Shown one piece after another: positions 25,650-38,040 of a DNA stretch of 64,000 nucleotides. The stretch lies in assembly GCA_044892505.1 (NCBI GenBank), contig CM097884.1:6572001-6636000 (forward strand), in the 5' to 3' direction. The translations under genes and the position numbers were made by a program. This stretch comes from Schmidtea nova (taxonomy: Eukaryota). The first letter of the stretch is position 1. Each line of letters opens with the position of its first letter. The notes under the pieces are model-generated. The model saw nothing but the letters and a program-made list of their open reading frames with translations, ran no database searches and was not told where the DNA came from.

Positions 25650-26451
25650 ATGATTGCATCAATAATTTATCTTATGGTTGCTGCCATCCAGTGTAAATCT
25701 TCCAACTTGAGGGACTCTTCGGTTCATCCAAATTATGAATCCTTGGAACCGCCTTTGAACATAGAATTGAAAATTAAATTAAAGAAATTAGAAGGAAATT
25801 TATTATATCTGGATGACAAAAGGAATATGCGATTGCGGATCTCTCTTGTTAACACGGATAAGGTTTATGTAAAAATTGAATTCAACGAAGATTTTTCAAT
25901 GAAACCAAAAGATTCTTACTCACTCTCTGAACAATGTTAGTGTCATATTACATCATAAATATTAATAATTTTTGTGATATATTGTGTAGGTGGGTGCCAG
26001 GAATGTTTGGATCAGCTCCTCACTTTAACATTGAATTTCACGGCTAATCTCACTTTTCAGTGCAATGGTGGAATTGGAGTTCTCGGGCCTACCATTACTA
26101 GTAAATTTATTACATAATTACTTAAAATCTAAAAATAGAGGTAATTGAGGACGTACAAATTCCAACAGCATTTACTTTCACAATACCTAGTATCGCCACA
26201 TTATCATCAATAAAACATTTTTATCCTCCCTCCTAAAAGCGAAATATTCCATAAACACCATATCGGCTACAAAAGTTTTTGCCTATAATCTAAAATCGGC
26301 ATAATTAATCTAGCACACGAATGCGCATATCTTTTGATAAATATAAGTAAGGAGAAGTGCGGACTCCCGAACAAATAAAATGACATAATCAATAAGTTAA
26401 TGTGTCATCCAATATTTTATTTACAAATAAGAGATTATATGTATGTGTGTA

Positions 26452-26524
<73 letters not shown>

Positions 26525-28068
26525 AATAATTAATAAATAAAAAATAAATAAGCTTTTCTTGCAAAACATTTTATTAAGTGAAAATATTTAGAGTATTAGG
26601 ATTATTAATAATCGATAAGTTTCACTTAATAAAAAATTTGCAGCAAATACTTATTTTCCTATAATTAATATTTAATTAATGCTACTGCCAAGAAATCAGG
26701 ATTTATTTAATTTAATTTTATTAGATTTATAAAATATATTTAAGTGTGTGGGGTTGTTTTCATCATTAGTTTTAGTTTTATTATTAAAGCATGCCAGTTA
26801 TTGTAGTAAACGACCGCGATTTAATGTAAGCGAATCAATGTTTTACAATTAAATAAATAATTTCGGTCATAATGTTTATGATGCTGTCTTACAAACACAT
26901 TTATGGCGTATGAAAAACTACGTTATGGATGATATTTTGGTAGCTGGTTGTTTTTGACAAGCCCAGGTATGATCGCTATAGATAGAGAATTATTGATGTC
27001 CAGGTCTTATTGACTCCAAATTTGAGGGTGGCAGTGACGACCTTTATGGAAACGATCACTTGTTCAGTGTGTCTTTAGGTAAAGGCATTTAATAATTACT
27101 CTTTAAAATTGGTAATATTAAAGCACGTGTTCTTTATCTTGTCTTCTCTTTTATTTATATAAATTAATAATAAGTAATAATAATAATAATAATAATGCAA
27201 TAATAAAAATAAAAATAATAAAAAATTAATTATAAGAATTTTAATACTTTGAAAAAATAATAATTAATAAAAAATAATAGTAATTAAAAAAAATTAATAA
27301 TAATAATAAATATTTAAAGAAATATGTAATAATAAAAATATTAAATAATAAAAAATAATTATAATAGATAATTATTACAAATAATGTTAATTAATAAAAT
27401 AGTATTAATTATTAAAATTGTATTATTATTAATATCAAAATTTATAAGTAATATTACATTATTCAAAATGATTAATTCAAAATAAAAATAGAGGAGGAAA
27501 ATATATCATATATTGAAAGTTTTAAATTATTTGAATTTTTTAAAAACGTTTTTAAAATTAAAGTATTACGTGATCGATAACGCAATAAAATATTTTATAT
27601 TACATCATATATTTATAGAGCTATGCAAACGAATTTTGGGGTCACTCGGTTTTGATTGGTTATGACTCATCGATTATGTAACTTTCTTTATTCGTAAGTC
27701 AAAACCTCGCCCTACTGATATATTATTATATTAATATATACATAATTATATAAGTTTTTGACTGAAAGTTTACTTGTTTTACTATTTCAGAATATCCAGT
27801 AAAAGATTCCAAAGATGACTACAAGGCTCGCTTGTATATCTTCAAGGATTCTGATTCCCATAATTATTCAAATCTTCCACTAGACGGTTGCATCCAATCC
27901 GTAAGTTATAATGACCAATCTATCCATGTGGATAGCTCTGGAAACGGAACTCTGAAGAAGTGTCCAATGAGGAATGAACCGAATTCTAGTAGACTTTCTA
28001 GAATATCAATGAAATTGGCACCAATATTAATATTATTTAATTATTATTTTAGTGAATATCTAATTTAA
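25650..28068 (+). CDS. Probable secreted, GPI-anchored laminin-G-like host protein
   Basis: Signal peptide MIASIIYLMVAAIQC. Exons 25650-25935, 25990-26100, 26139-26189 and 27791-28068 join in frame (introns 54, 38 and ~1600 nt, all phase 1). LamG-like segments GNLLYL..LRISL and LYI-x13-DGCIQSVSYN, closing KKCP, and a hydrophobic C-terminal tail. The third donor (GTATCG) is weak; reading through it gives a stop at 26236. Confidence 0.58.
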
Positions 28069-29406
28069 ACGATTTTATAACTGAAGCAACTATTTAATAA
28101 ATAAATATTTTTATATATTGAAATTATGTGTTCCTAGGGATTTATTTGCAATTATTTTAATCGTTTTTATCTTTGTTTTTATCCCCTGATTACACCAAAT
28201 ATATCCAATGACAGACATTCGATCAAAACCGTGTTTGGTCTCGCTATGCCTTGAATTCATAAAAAAGATCATTGGTGATCATTTACCTAGACAAAATCTC
28301 AGAAGTCAAAATCAGTCCTAAATCCTTTAAAAATATTCCCATTTTCTAAACAAGATTAATCTTAACTTATCAATTTGAGATCCTTACACTATTTAACAAT
28401 GAAATACAAAGGGACAAATCCAACCGTTGTCCATGAGAATGAAAATGCTGACAATTAGTGAAAGCCAGTAAAGAACAAATCCTAACAGTTTCCTAAAAAT
28501 GTTTATATAACTATTTTGTAAGCTAAAGTGACAAGGGGAATAGTTGGTTCTTACAGGAACTTTCTGCTATTATTAGTAAATAAATCTTGAACTCGCAGTA
28601 AATAAACGTCAAAAGCAAAGGATATGCAAGGTAAACGATTCGGATAAAACGCAATTCATGGCTAGATGATGCGCTCTAAGGAATCCAAACAGTCAATATG
28701 TACCAAGGCTAGGATTGTCATTTAGTTTATGGTATTATCCTGAAATTCTGAGTGAATAATTCTTTCCAAAAAGCTTTTCAGGTCTTCACTATCACAAATC
28801 TTCGGACACGTCTATGAATATTATATAAAATGCCATAGAAGAAATCAGAATGACATTTATTATCCGTGAACGACTGCAATGATATGAAATTTGGGATCTC
28901 CATTGTCACCTCGAAGAAGGTTCATGTAAAAAACCATTTCAGTGAATGTTAGTAGGAGGAAGCGTGGACGGGGGAACAAAGACATATGACGTCATTGCGT
29001 GTGTGCATCCAATCAAAATCAAGTGCCCCCGGGGAGGGGTACTTTTCTTTTTTTTTTGCGACCCCCCCAAAATTTTTTTTACACACACAAACGATGAGTC
29101 ATAAAACTTTTTTAAGCTCAAATTTTAAGGGACACTTTAAGGACATTTTGAGGACACTTTAATGTCAAATTTTAAGGACAAGTTAAGGTCAAGGTCACCA
29201 TGAGGTCAAGATTATGTTAAGGTCAATTTTTAAGGTCAAATTTTAAAAATTTTCAAAAATTCAAAAATTTTTCCAAAAACATAAAAAACTTAACAATTCT
29301 TTAAAAAACATAAAATTTTACAAAACATTTTTTCAAAAACACCAAGTGAGAATTAATCAACATTTATTAATAAATACACATATACATGACAACAATGTTA
29401 TTCCAT

Positions 29407-29850
29407 CTATGCAATTCTTGCGCTTTTTATCTTCCAAATTGGAAACATTGATTCTTTTGGATCGATTTTATATCCGTGGATGGATATATCAATAAACCAA
29501 TTTTCATTATCCGTATATTCAACTAATTGAAATGCATCATGAAATTCGGTGTTCCTGTTGTTGATGAATATTGTTTCATTGCAAGATAATTTCTTGTTGA
29601 TTTTCGTCAACAGTTTATTGATTGCAACAACATATTCTTTATAAATCTGATCAATTAAGTTGGAATATTGCGAAGTCGACAGCTTTACCGGATTTGAGAC
29701 CTTGAAAGAGATTTCGTTTACCAAGAAAAACATTTGGTAATCGTGAAACATCTGAACCGGTCGTAAATCAAATTTGTTTTGAGTTGATTTGTTATCGTTC
29801 CTAACTGGTTTCATTATAATTGGACTCGATTTACTGAGAAGATTTTGCAT
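29407..29850 (-). CDS. Intact 147-aa Maverick accessory ORF of unknown function
   Basis: Open ATG-to-stop frame with ordinary composition; TATA and CCAAT boxes upstream. Confidence 0.7.
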   Translation of the reverse strand: MQNLLSKSSPIIMKPVRNDNKSTQNKFDLRPVQMFHDYQMFFLVNEISFKVSNPVKLSTSQYSNLIDQIYKEYVVAINKLLTKINKKLSCNETIFINNRNTEFHDAFQLVEYTDNENWFIDISIHGYKIDPKESMFPIWKIKSARIA

Positions 29851-29878
29851 TTTATGAACAATACTATTTTTGTTTTCT

Positions 29879-29967
29879 TATTTATACTCGTCATCGTCTA
29901 TGTGCAGCCAATCAGATTCTTGCATATGTCTTGTAAATCAATTACACATGTCTTGCTAATCGATTGG
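29879..29967 (-). promoter_or_regulatory. TATA box plus two CCAAT boxes upstream of ORF 29850
   Basis: TATAAATA (minus, 29886-29879) about 30 nt before the ATG; CCAAT at 29908-29912 (plus) and 29967-29963 (minus). Confidence 0.55.
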
Positions 29968-30057
29968 ATATGTATTAATAATTGACTTTGTATGCATGTT
30001 GATGATTATCTACTGCAATTTCTTTCTATATATATTGTAAATTATTTACATATCACA

Positions 30058-30147
30058 ATTTTATTGTCTATCACAATTTTCTTGTCTATCGCAATTTTTT
30101 GTCTATCGCAATTTTCTTGTCTATCGCTATTTTCTTGTCTATCGCAA
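30058..30147. repeat. 18-bp minisatellite TTTTCTTGTCTATCGCAA running into a gap
   Basis: Five visible units. Confidence 0.85.
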
Positions 30148-30626
30148 NNNNNNNNNNNNNNNNNNNNNNNNNNNNNNNNNNNNNNNNNNNNNNNNNNNNN
30201 NNNNNNNNNNNNNNNNNNNNNNNNNNNNNNNNNNNNNNNNNNNNNNNNNNNNNNNNNNNNNNNNNNNNNNNNNNNNNNNNNNNNNNNNNNNNNNNNNNNN
30301 NNNNNNNNNNNNNNNNNNNNNNNNNNNATTATTTTACATTATTATTTTCAATAAATATTCAGCATCAACATTTTATAAAAATTTATTTTAACTACAAAAC
30401 ATCTTTCATAACTCGGTACGTTTTAAGAAAATAAATACTTTATAAAAAACACAATAAAAAGACATTTTTACTTTAAAATGACAAACAACTCGTAACATCG
30501 CATAAAAATCAACAAAATTAAAAACAAATGTTTTGGCTTTTGATAAAAAATTTATTAAAATAACAAAGTGCTTCTTATAATTTCTGGTGGGACATGCAAA
30601 TCAATCGGCATTTCCCAAACTATCAT

Positions 30627-33600
30627 CTATTCGGCATCTGGCCATTCGGCATCTGTCCATTCGGCATCTGTCCAATCGGCATCTGTCCATTCGGTATCGG
30701 GCCATTCGGTATTTGCTCACTCATCAGGATCATCTATAGTAGAGTCACCTCCCCCCCGATAATGACCATAGGCTAAACTTTTATTTTTACCCACCCAATT
30801 TCGTTTATCATCAGCGTTTGTTAATGCTTTTTTATTACTTTTTACACTAAACAACTGATGATCTTTGCTGGTTATGCGAAATCGGGGCACAGTGTAGATT
30901 TTATTATTTAAATAACAATCAAGATATGATTGGTGAGATAATTTAGTATCTTTGATTGATATACCTTTAGCCTTCATACTAGCTTCAATACCCGATAAAC
31001 TGTAGCATTTAGGTCTCAAAAATACCCATTCATCATATCCAAGGCCTTTACTCTCATCCTTAAATTTACCAATCACCGAGTCAAGGTTTCTTTAATATAA
31101 CAAATGAGTCGGATCATAATTTGATGTATCTAATAGATTATCTCTTATCATTGCTGGTAAGAGACAATCTAATTTACAATTTTTTATTTCTAGGAAAATT
31201 GAGCCGGTGTCCCTAGCAATAATATTGATTTGGCAATTAAATTCATTCCTGTATTTCTCCAAATCAATATACTGCAGCTGATACATGCGCAGTTTGGATA
31301 GATCTAGTACAGTTTGACCTATGTAACTAGGTCTATCCAAACACACCGACTCCTTTCTCAATAAAACTGAAATTAAATTATTATCTATTTTTGTACTCTT
31401 CCGAAAAGCCGGTTTAGAGCAATATGTTAATAGTTTTTGTGCAGAATTGCACAATCTTAAATTAATTCGTTTTTAGTGGTTTTCTACGGTTTTACCGTAT
31501 AAACTGTTATTTAGTAGTTTATAATAATTTTTATCAAGTTTATTTATGGCTGAAGCTCTTAATTGTGTATTTGTGTCAATATATTTTTTGAATATATTAT
31601 TTTGATTGAATTTTATGGCACGATGTACCTTAGATATTTTGACTCCTATATTAATAAATAATTGGAGAAGCCTCCAATGCAGAACGTAGTTTTTCTTGGA
31701 GTGGTACGTGAGCAAATGCTTCTCTACCTTTGAATTTGGCGCGCACATCTTTTCAGCTGCAACTGGAAAATCATCCAGTTTGTCGTGAATCGACGACGCT
31801 AAATCTACCTCTATGGTATAGCCATATGTAAGTAAATCTAAATCTAATGTTTCACACTCTAATAATATATTATTTAATAAAAAATCATCCGCTACCCATT
31901 TAAAATTACCCTCGGGGAGCTTTTGACTCAAAGTCCATCCATACAGGTTGTTGATGTTAATATACAACAACTCATTATCAGCGCTGGTTTTGACATAGTG
32001 CTTATTAACAAAGGTAAGCCCCCCACGAATCCCTTCCTCAAAGAAATTATAAATTTCCATGTCTTGGATCAGCTCTATAGGTTTGTCTAAAGTCATTAGT
32101 GCCGAACTCCAAGACATGACAGGAATGCCCAAGAAATTTAAGGGCTCAAGTTTATTATGAGCAAGTGATTTTGCTCTGAATTGCTGAAAGAAGTCAGCCA
32201 ATAGAAAAACATCTAATTTAAGATAGACCAACATGTAATCAAAAAGATTATTACAGTTGGTCTCTCGCCAAATATCTTTTGCCATTGAATAATCGGCCTC
32301 AGTTACATCTTTTCAAATTGGAGGCAATTCAGTAATAGATAAAAGAGCATCTAAGCTAGTGGCAACATCATATGGGAAAATCCCTTTTGAATTTATGATA
32401 GTGCCCTGAAATTCCATTGAAGTTAAAGGTAAAGTATTTAAGGTCTTTACAGCTTTATCTAAAGATTCACTTACAAATTATCAAGAGTCAATAAACTTAA
32501 CTGTAAGTGAATCTATTCGCGCAAACAGTGAAAGAAACTTTTCACTGGTAATTGGAATAACGCTAATATTCCATGACTCATATTTTGAAAGCCCGAATTT
32601 GAGGATATGATGTACATCATACCCTCTCAAATTATGGAAGACAACTGGTAAGGTATGTCGGACTTACCTCGAAGCATTACATTTCATGCAAGCAGCGCCA
32701 ATGAATCGACCAGTAAAATGATCATGATCCCTAACTAGGTTATTTAAAATTTTCTTACACAAATAACAGTTAGTAGAAGCATCAAAAATTAACTTATCTG
32801 CGTCACTAAAAATTATTTTCTTTTGATAATTACGGTAAAAGAAAGGTGTTACAATTCTCTTACTAATATTTTCTACCTCTGAAAGAAACTCATCAACATA
32901 ATTAAGACCTAAAAAGTGTTTATAAGTTTTTTCGCCGGTAACATTATTGATGAGTAACAAGCCAGCAGAAATCGGTAAGTGACGTTGAAAGTATTTAACA
33001 TCTTTTGGTAATATTGCCTCAAAGTCGGCATAGATAACAAAGGGAGGAGTGACAGTTATCGCTTAATCCTCGAATTCAAGATGTTTATTTTTAGGCAAAG
33101 TGTACAAAGTTGTACCTAACTGATTTTCAGCACATAAATCTATATGACTATTAAAAGAATCATCGGTTCGAAAACCATTAAGACATCTGGGACACCATTC
33201 ATTACAAATACGGACGGCTGTAAAGGCAGGATTCCTGCAATTTAAAAATTTATTTAAGTTAGTTATTGCAGCATAATGATATGTCTGAGAATTTTCAAGT
33301 AATAATAAATTAATTGGTTTTCCCCATACAACTTTGGAACGATAAATTATATCTATGAAGGGGTGTTTCATTACTTTCTCCTTATTTGTGATATCTACTA
33401 AAGCTTTTTCGTCATAAGAAAGGACGTTAATTGTTAAGCCGGGATTTTGCATTTCAAATTTAGAAATGCTCGAAAGTTTCATCGGCATTTGTGAAGGATC
33501 AAATTTAAGATCTGAAAGATTATACGATGAAGGTCTATTTCGAGTTTAACGTGTAATTGTATCATATTTTAAAATAGCCAAGACGCTATACACGAAACAA

Positions 33601-34793
33601 AAGTTATCATTATTAATTACGTTAACAATACAAAATTTATTTTTTAAAGTTTTTGGGGTATCTATAAATTTTTGGCCGCTTAACCTACTTATTTCCGCAA
33701 ATTTTGTGACAATAAAGCTGATATACTCTATTTTATTAATGGTCCAATTACTGTCCTTCTGATTAATTTTAATAATTTTTTCGTTTAATAAAGCAATACC
33801 TTCATCAATGAAATTATCACTCATGGGTCTGGCAGAATTTGAAATGACAAAAGATTGTAATTCGTCATCTTTCTCAAACTCCACCTTCAGACAAAATTTA
33901 ATTTTGACTTACCCCATTTGACTAATAACAGTATTTAATTTATTTAATAAGACATAGGGAACCGATACAGTTTTTAATATTAAGGATGAAACATCCATTT
34001 TAATAATTGAATGGGTACTGTTTAAATCAGTACTTATTTCAGGTTCTAGTGAACCGCATCCGATCTGATTATTAATAATATTATTATTATTATTTGTTGA
34101 CATATTAATTATTGATGTGATATTATTATTATTATTTGTTGACATATTAATTATTGATGTGATACTATTATTTTCATTTGGTGACATATTAATTATTGAT
34201 GTGATATTATTATTATTTTCATTTGGTGATATATTATTTATTGATGTGTTATTTTTATCATTATTAACATTATTTGGATGTATAATAGAATACGAATTAA
34301 TAATTACAGGAGTAATTTCATCCTCCTCGTCGGAAATATTAATTACTTCATTTTTAATAAATTTACAAGGAATTGATTCCTCGTTTAAAATTTTTCGTTT
34401 ATTGTTGTTACTGGAAAAATTATTATTATTATTAATATTATTAATATTATTAATATTATTACTATTATTTCTATTGTTGTTTGAGAAATTATTGACGTTG
34501 TTGTTGTTGGAAATATTAGTATTATTAATATTATTATTTCTATTGTTGTTTGAGAAATTATTGATGTTATTGTTGTTGGAAATATTATTATTATTTATAT
34601 TGTCGTTATGTATATTATTTTGAATATTTATTTTATTATTATTAAAAATAGCTTTTTTAGAACCAATATACGGAGTATAATGATATCGGTGTTTATCATA
34701 AAACTCAGTATATGAAAGGGTTTCGTTGATTTTACAAATAGGGCAAATGAGGAAGGTGACTCTACTATATTTATACGAATAGTACTTTTCCAT
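30627..34793 (-). pseudogene. polB: Protein-primed family B DNA polymerase (pPolB), disrupted
   Basis: ORF-track fragments 34793-33909, 33884-33546, 33488-33063, 32960-32664, 32285-31473, 31454-31092 and 31076-30717 chain through stops and frameshifts. Motifs: YADFE, DHDHFTG..ACMKCN, FHNLRGYD, YLKLDV, GIRGG, YININNLYG (D>N), KLLNNSLYGK, ARDTGS (degenerate GDTDS), LRPKCYS. Confidence 0.95.
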
Positions 34794-35254
34794 AATTTGA
34801 TGGCAATAATTATGTAAAGTACTATTACAGTATAAAGGGTAATTTGAACCTTTAGAATAAAAAATAATGATAAAATAATTATAAAATAATTATAAAATAA
34901 GTGAAAAATAAATTCAAAATAAACATAAGTTTAAATTATTACGAATAGTTTAATCTATTTTATCAGTTTAAACTATTACATAATATGATAATCAAATGTC
35001 AACACAAAAATAATTTTTTTGTTCAAAAGATTACGTCACTGTGTGAAGTGCGATTAACTAAATATGATAATTTATATTTTATTTATTAAATCACCGTATA
35101 AAATATGATAACGTGTTTTAATTGACATTAAATGTATTGAAGGGTAGGTATTAATATCAACTTTTAAAAGATTATATAATTATTATAACTAAATTAATAT
35201 CATTAAGTTAATATTATTTATTAAAAACTATTATTATTATTATTATTATTATCG

Positions 35255-35288
<34 letters not shown>

Positions 35289-35598
35289 CTAATAAAAACT
35301 ATAATAATCAAATAACTAATATTATTTTCAATAAGATATTAAATGTTTTTTATTATAACTTTTATTAATACTTTATATTATTATTGAAAATTAATACCAT
35401 TACGTTTCTTTTATAAAATATAATATTATTTTTATTATTTTATTGAATGTAAATGATATCAGTTTTTTGAAAATATTATTGAATATATTCATAGTTAATT
35501 GAGAATATTATTTAATTAAGGTAAAATATTAATATTAAAATATCATAAAAACTATTATAAAACTATTATAAAACCTTATAAAAAATTAAAAATCTTAC

Positions 35599-35936
35599 AT
35601 TTTGTTCTACCATTCGTCAAGGAATTTATCGATGCATTATTATAAAAATTTTCACCATTTGAAGCGTCATTAAAATTTGTTGCTGATACATTTGGGGCAT
35701 TAAATTCTATCGCCGATACATTTTGTGCATTTAAATGTTCTATAAAACATGAAATAAAATAATAAATTTACAAATATAATTTTACCGTTTCTATAAACAC
35801 CATTATTGTTATCGTTTCCAGATACATTTATAACATTTCACATATTATTTCTTGAAATTCCTAAAATAAAAAATAAATCCTTACCATTGAATCCATTGAT
35901 GTTGGTATTTTTAACTTTATTGATATTATTGTACAT
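35599..35936 (-). pseudogene. Putative spliced Asn-rich Maverick accessory gene
   Basis: ATG at 35936; phase-1 GT-AG introns 35884-35861 (24 nt) and 35785-35740 (46 nt); next donor GTAAGA at 35598. Product MYNNINKVKNTNINGFNG..NVSGND..EHLNAQNVSAIEFNAPNVSATNFND with one TGA in exon 2. Confidence 0.45.
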
Positions 35937-36260
35937 TTTTAATTAACGATTATAAGATGAATAAGAAATTTTGGGCTATAGTAAAAAGTGACTAAAATAT
36001 TGAAAACATATCTTTATATAAGATATATTGAATAATATTAATTGAACCAATGAAAATCGTTTATGAGAAGAAAATATTCTCTCACACACATACAACATAA
36101 ATTTACCAGCTGTGTGTGTATTATCATACACGTATGTTATACATACATGTTAACTCATTATAATTTTCATTAATACACACATGATTACTCATACACGATG
36201 ACCGCAGAGGTCATGCATTTCAATTGCAAATTTTGTAATTCAAAGCAATTAAGCATATAA

Positions 36261-36530
36261 TTAATTTTTTAAATAATCTAAAGCCCCCACAAAACACCCT
36301 TTATATGCACAATTTGTATGATCTCGATATGGGCATGAAATATTGTAATATAATAATCTTAGGGAGGGGAAATATCTTTTTAAAACAGCAAGTTTATCTT
36401 GATCAGTGACATAGAAAATTGCACCAACATCTTCAATTTCTTTCAAAACACAAGTTGGACAAAAGTACCATTCATACAATTCTAATCTATCAGGTTCACC
36501 AATTCCAGCCCAAAAAGGAACATCATTATA
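36261..36530 (-). pseudogene. Maverick accessory protein fragment with Cys/His C-terminus (possibly exonuclease-fold-derived)
   Basis: YNDVPFWAGIG...IFYVTDQDKLAVLKRYFP...NISCPYRDHTNCAYKG resembles, from memory, a recurrent YVKG..K..WL...C..H...CA Maverick protein. The 5' end is replaced by 12-bp repeats (36530-36620). Confidence 0.4.
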
Positions 36531-36738
36531 TATCCGAAAATTATATATATCCGATTATATATATTATTATATATATTATTATATATCCGATTATATATAT
36601 TATTATATATCCGAAAAATATTATTAACATTCATAATACATAATTCTTTAATAATTATCCCATCGCAATTATCATTATAACCATAAATATCAATAAAATA
36701 ACAAATTATTTTCTAAAACATTTATTAAACTACATTGT

Positions 36739-37121
36739 TTATACTTTTAACATTGAATTAAGCCATGCAAGACAATGTTGACAACAAGTAATTGTTAATG
36801 GATGTTGATACCGAATTCGATTATATACAATCGGTTTACCCAATGTTTGTAGTTTACTAACTAATAAACCAGGGTAATAGCATCCGAAGGGATCGAATGC
36901 ATACACCTTGCTTGGTTTCACATATACAGCAATCCAATGTTCTCCGCCTAGAGTAGATGATTGAGTATTGGCAACTATGGCTTGGTTGACATCTAAATAA
37001 GGGATTTTGTCTAGTGGATATACTCCAATAAATTCATTTCCAATAATTGTTTTCCAATTCGATTAACCTGAATAGAACTATATAAATAGATTTATTTAAT
37101 AAATAATAAAACTTACTCCAT
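36739..37121 (-). pseudogene. Adenain-like cysteine protease with a 39-nt intron and a 1-nt frameshift
   Basis: ATG GA|GTAAGT...TATAG|T TCT ATT CAG gives MDSIQVNRIG; then FIGVYPLD, GEHWIAV, FDPFG, YQHPLTITCCQHC. Confidence 0.88.
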
Positions 37122-37161
37122 GAAAATTGTTAACTTTGACTTGTACATTTATATTGATAGT

Positions 37162-38040
37162 TTAAACCAAAACTGTTCGATTAGCAGTAATTTGAATTTC
37201 ATTTTCAAATACTCCATATATTATTACATGTACTGGTTCTTCAATAGCTTTAGAAAACTTTATGTCCAATCTCAAAATTTCGTTTTGAGGTAATTGACTT
37301 TGATTTAAATCGAAATCCGGATCCAAAACAAATGTAAAGAAAGGGTATTTGTTTTTAAAATCGGCTAGTGTTATACCACAATTCAAATTCTTATCTAAAT
37401 ATCCCATATCTCTGACCATCGACTGCATATATGTAGTACAATAATTATCATATTCAAATACTTGAGTATATGTTTCTCGATAATCAGTGTTTTTCGATAG
37501 AGATAGGGAAGTTACATTGAAATGTTTGAATTTCGAACTTGATGCATTATATGATCCATTGTATTGAGTTTCACTTTGAAATGCAACCAGAATGAAATTT
37601 GGCATTATTCGATCTCCAAATAATTTTTCCTTATAGAAAGATGACGCACCTTTACCTATTGCAAATTGTACTATTTCTTTGGTTTTCATTGGATAAATAG
37701 CGTGTTTTGAGTTAAGTCCAACTTGATGTCCAGCTAATACAAATGGTTCAACGCGAACGCGACGAATCATTAACTTTGCATCAACTAATTGACATTTTGG
37801 TGCAACGTTTTTTGAATATAGTGATAGTGCAGAATCCGAACGCTTCAGTCTGATGTGAACATTGACACCTGGTAATAAATATTTCGGTTGATCCATGAAA
37901 TCCAGTTGTAGAGATGAACACATTGTAAATAGCTTTGAGCCTTTGATCCACGCTTTTCTCTTGTCAGAATCTCCATATCCCATTGGAGTAAAACAAGTTT
38001 CTTTAGTATCACCATTATAATTTAAAATAGTTTCGATTAT
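37162..38040 (-). pseudogene. Major capsid protein (PY/hexon-like), C-terminal ~290 aa
   Basis: IIETILNY, LQLDFMDQPKYLLPGVNVHIRLKRS, MPNFILVAF, YNGSYNAS...FKHFNV, YPFFTFVLDPD, LRLDIKF and VIIYGVFENEIQI are typical of Maverick MCP. The N-terminus is lost at the junction with integrase. Confidence 0.88.

Noticed and set aside
28945-28950. 6-bp target-site duplication for the main Maverick (AATGTT)
   Set aside because: Not repeated after the right terminus near 41379; the two ends may come from different copies.
33885-33912. Candidate 28-nt intron (GTAAGT...GAAG) in PolB
   Set aside because: Splicing shifts the frame, whereas reading through the single TAA keeps a sensible PolB sequence; treated as a nonsense mutation.
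34117-34623. 168-aa Leu/Ile-rich plus-strand ORF
   Set aside because: Antisense shadow of the Asn-rich PolB tract.
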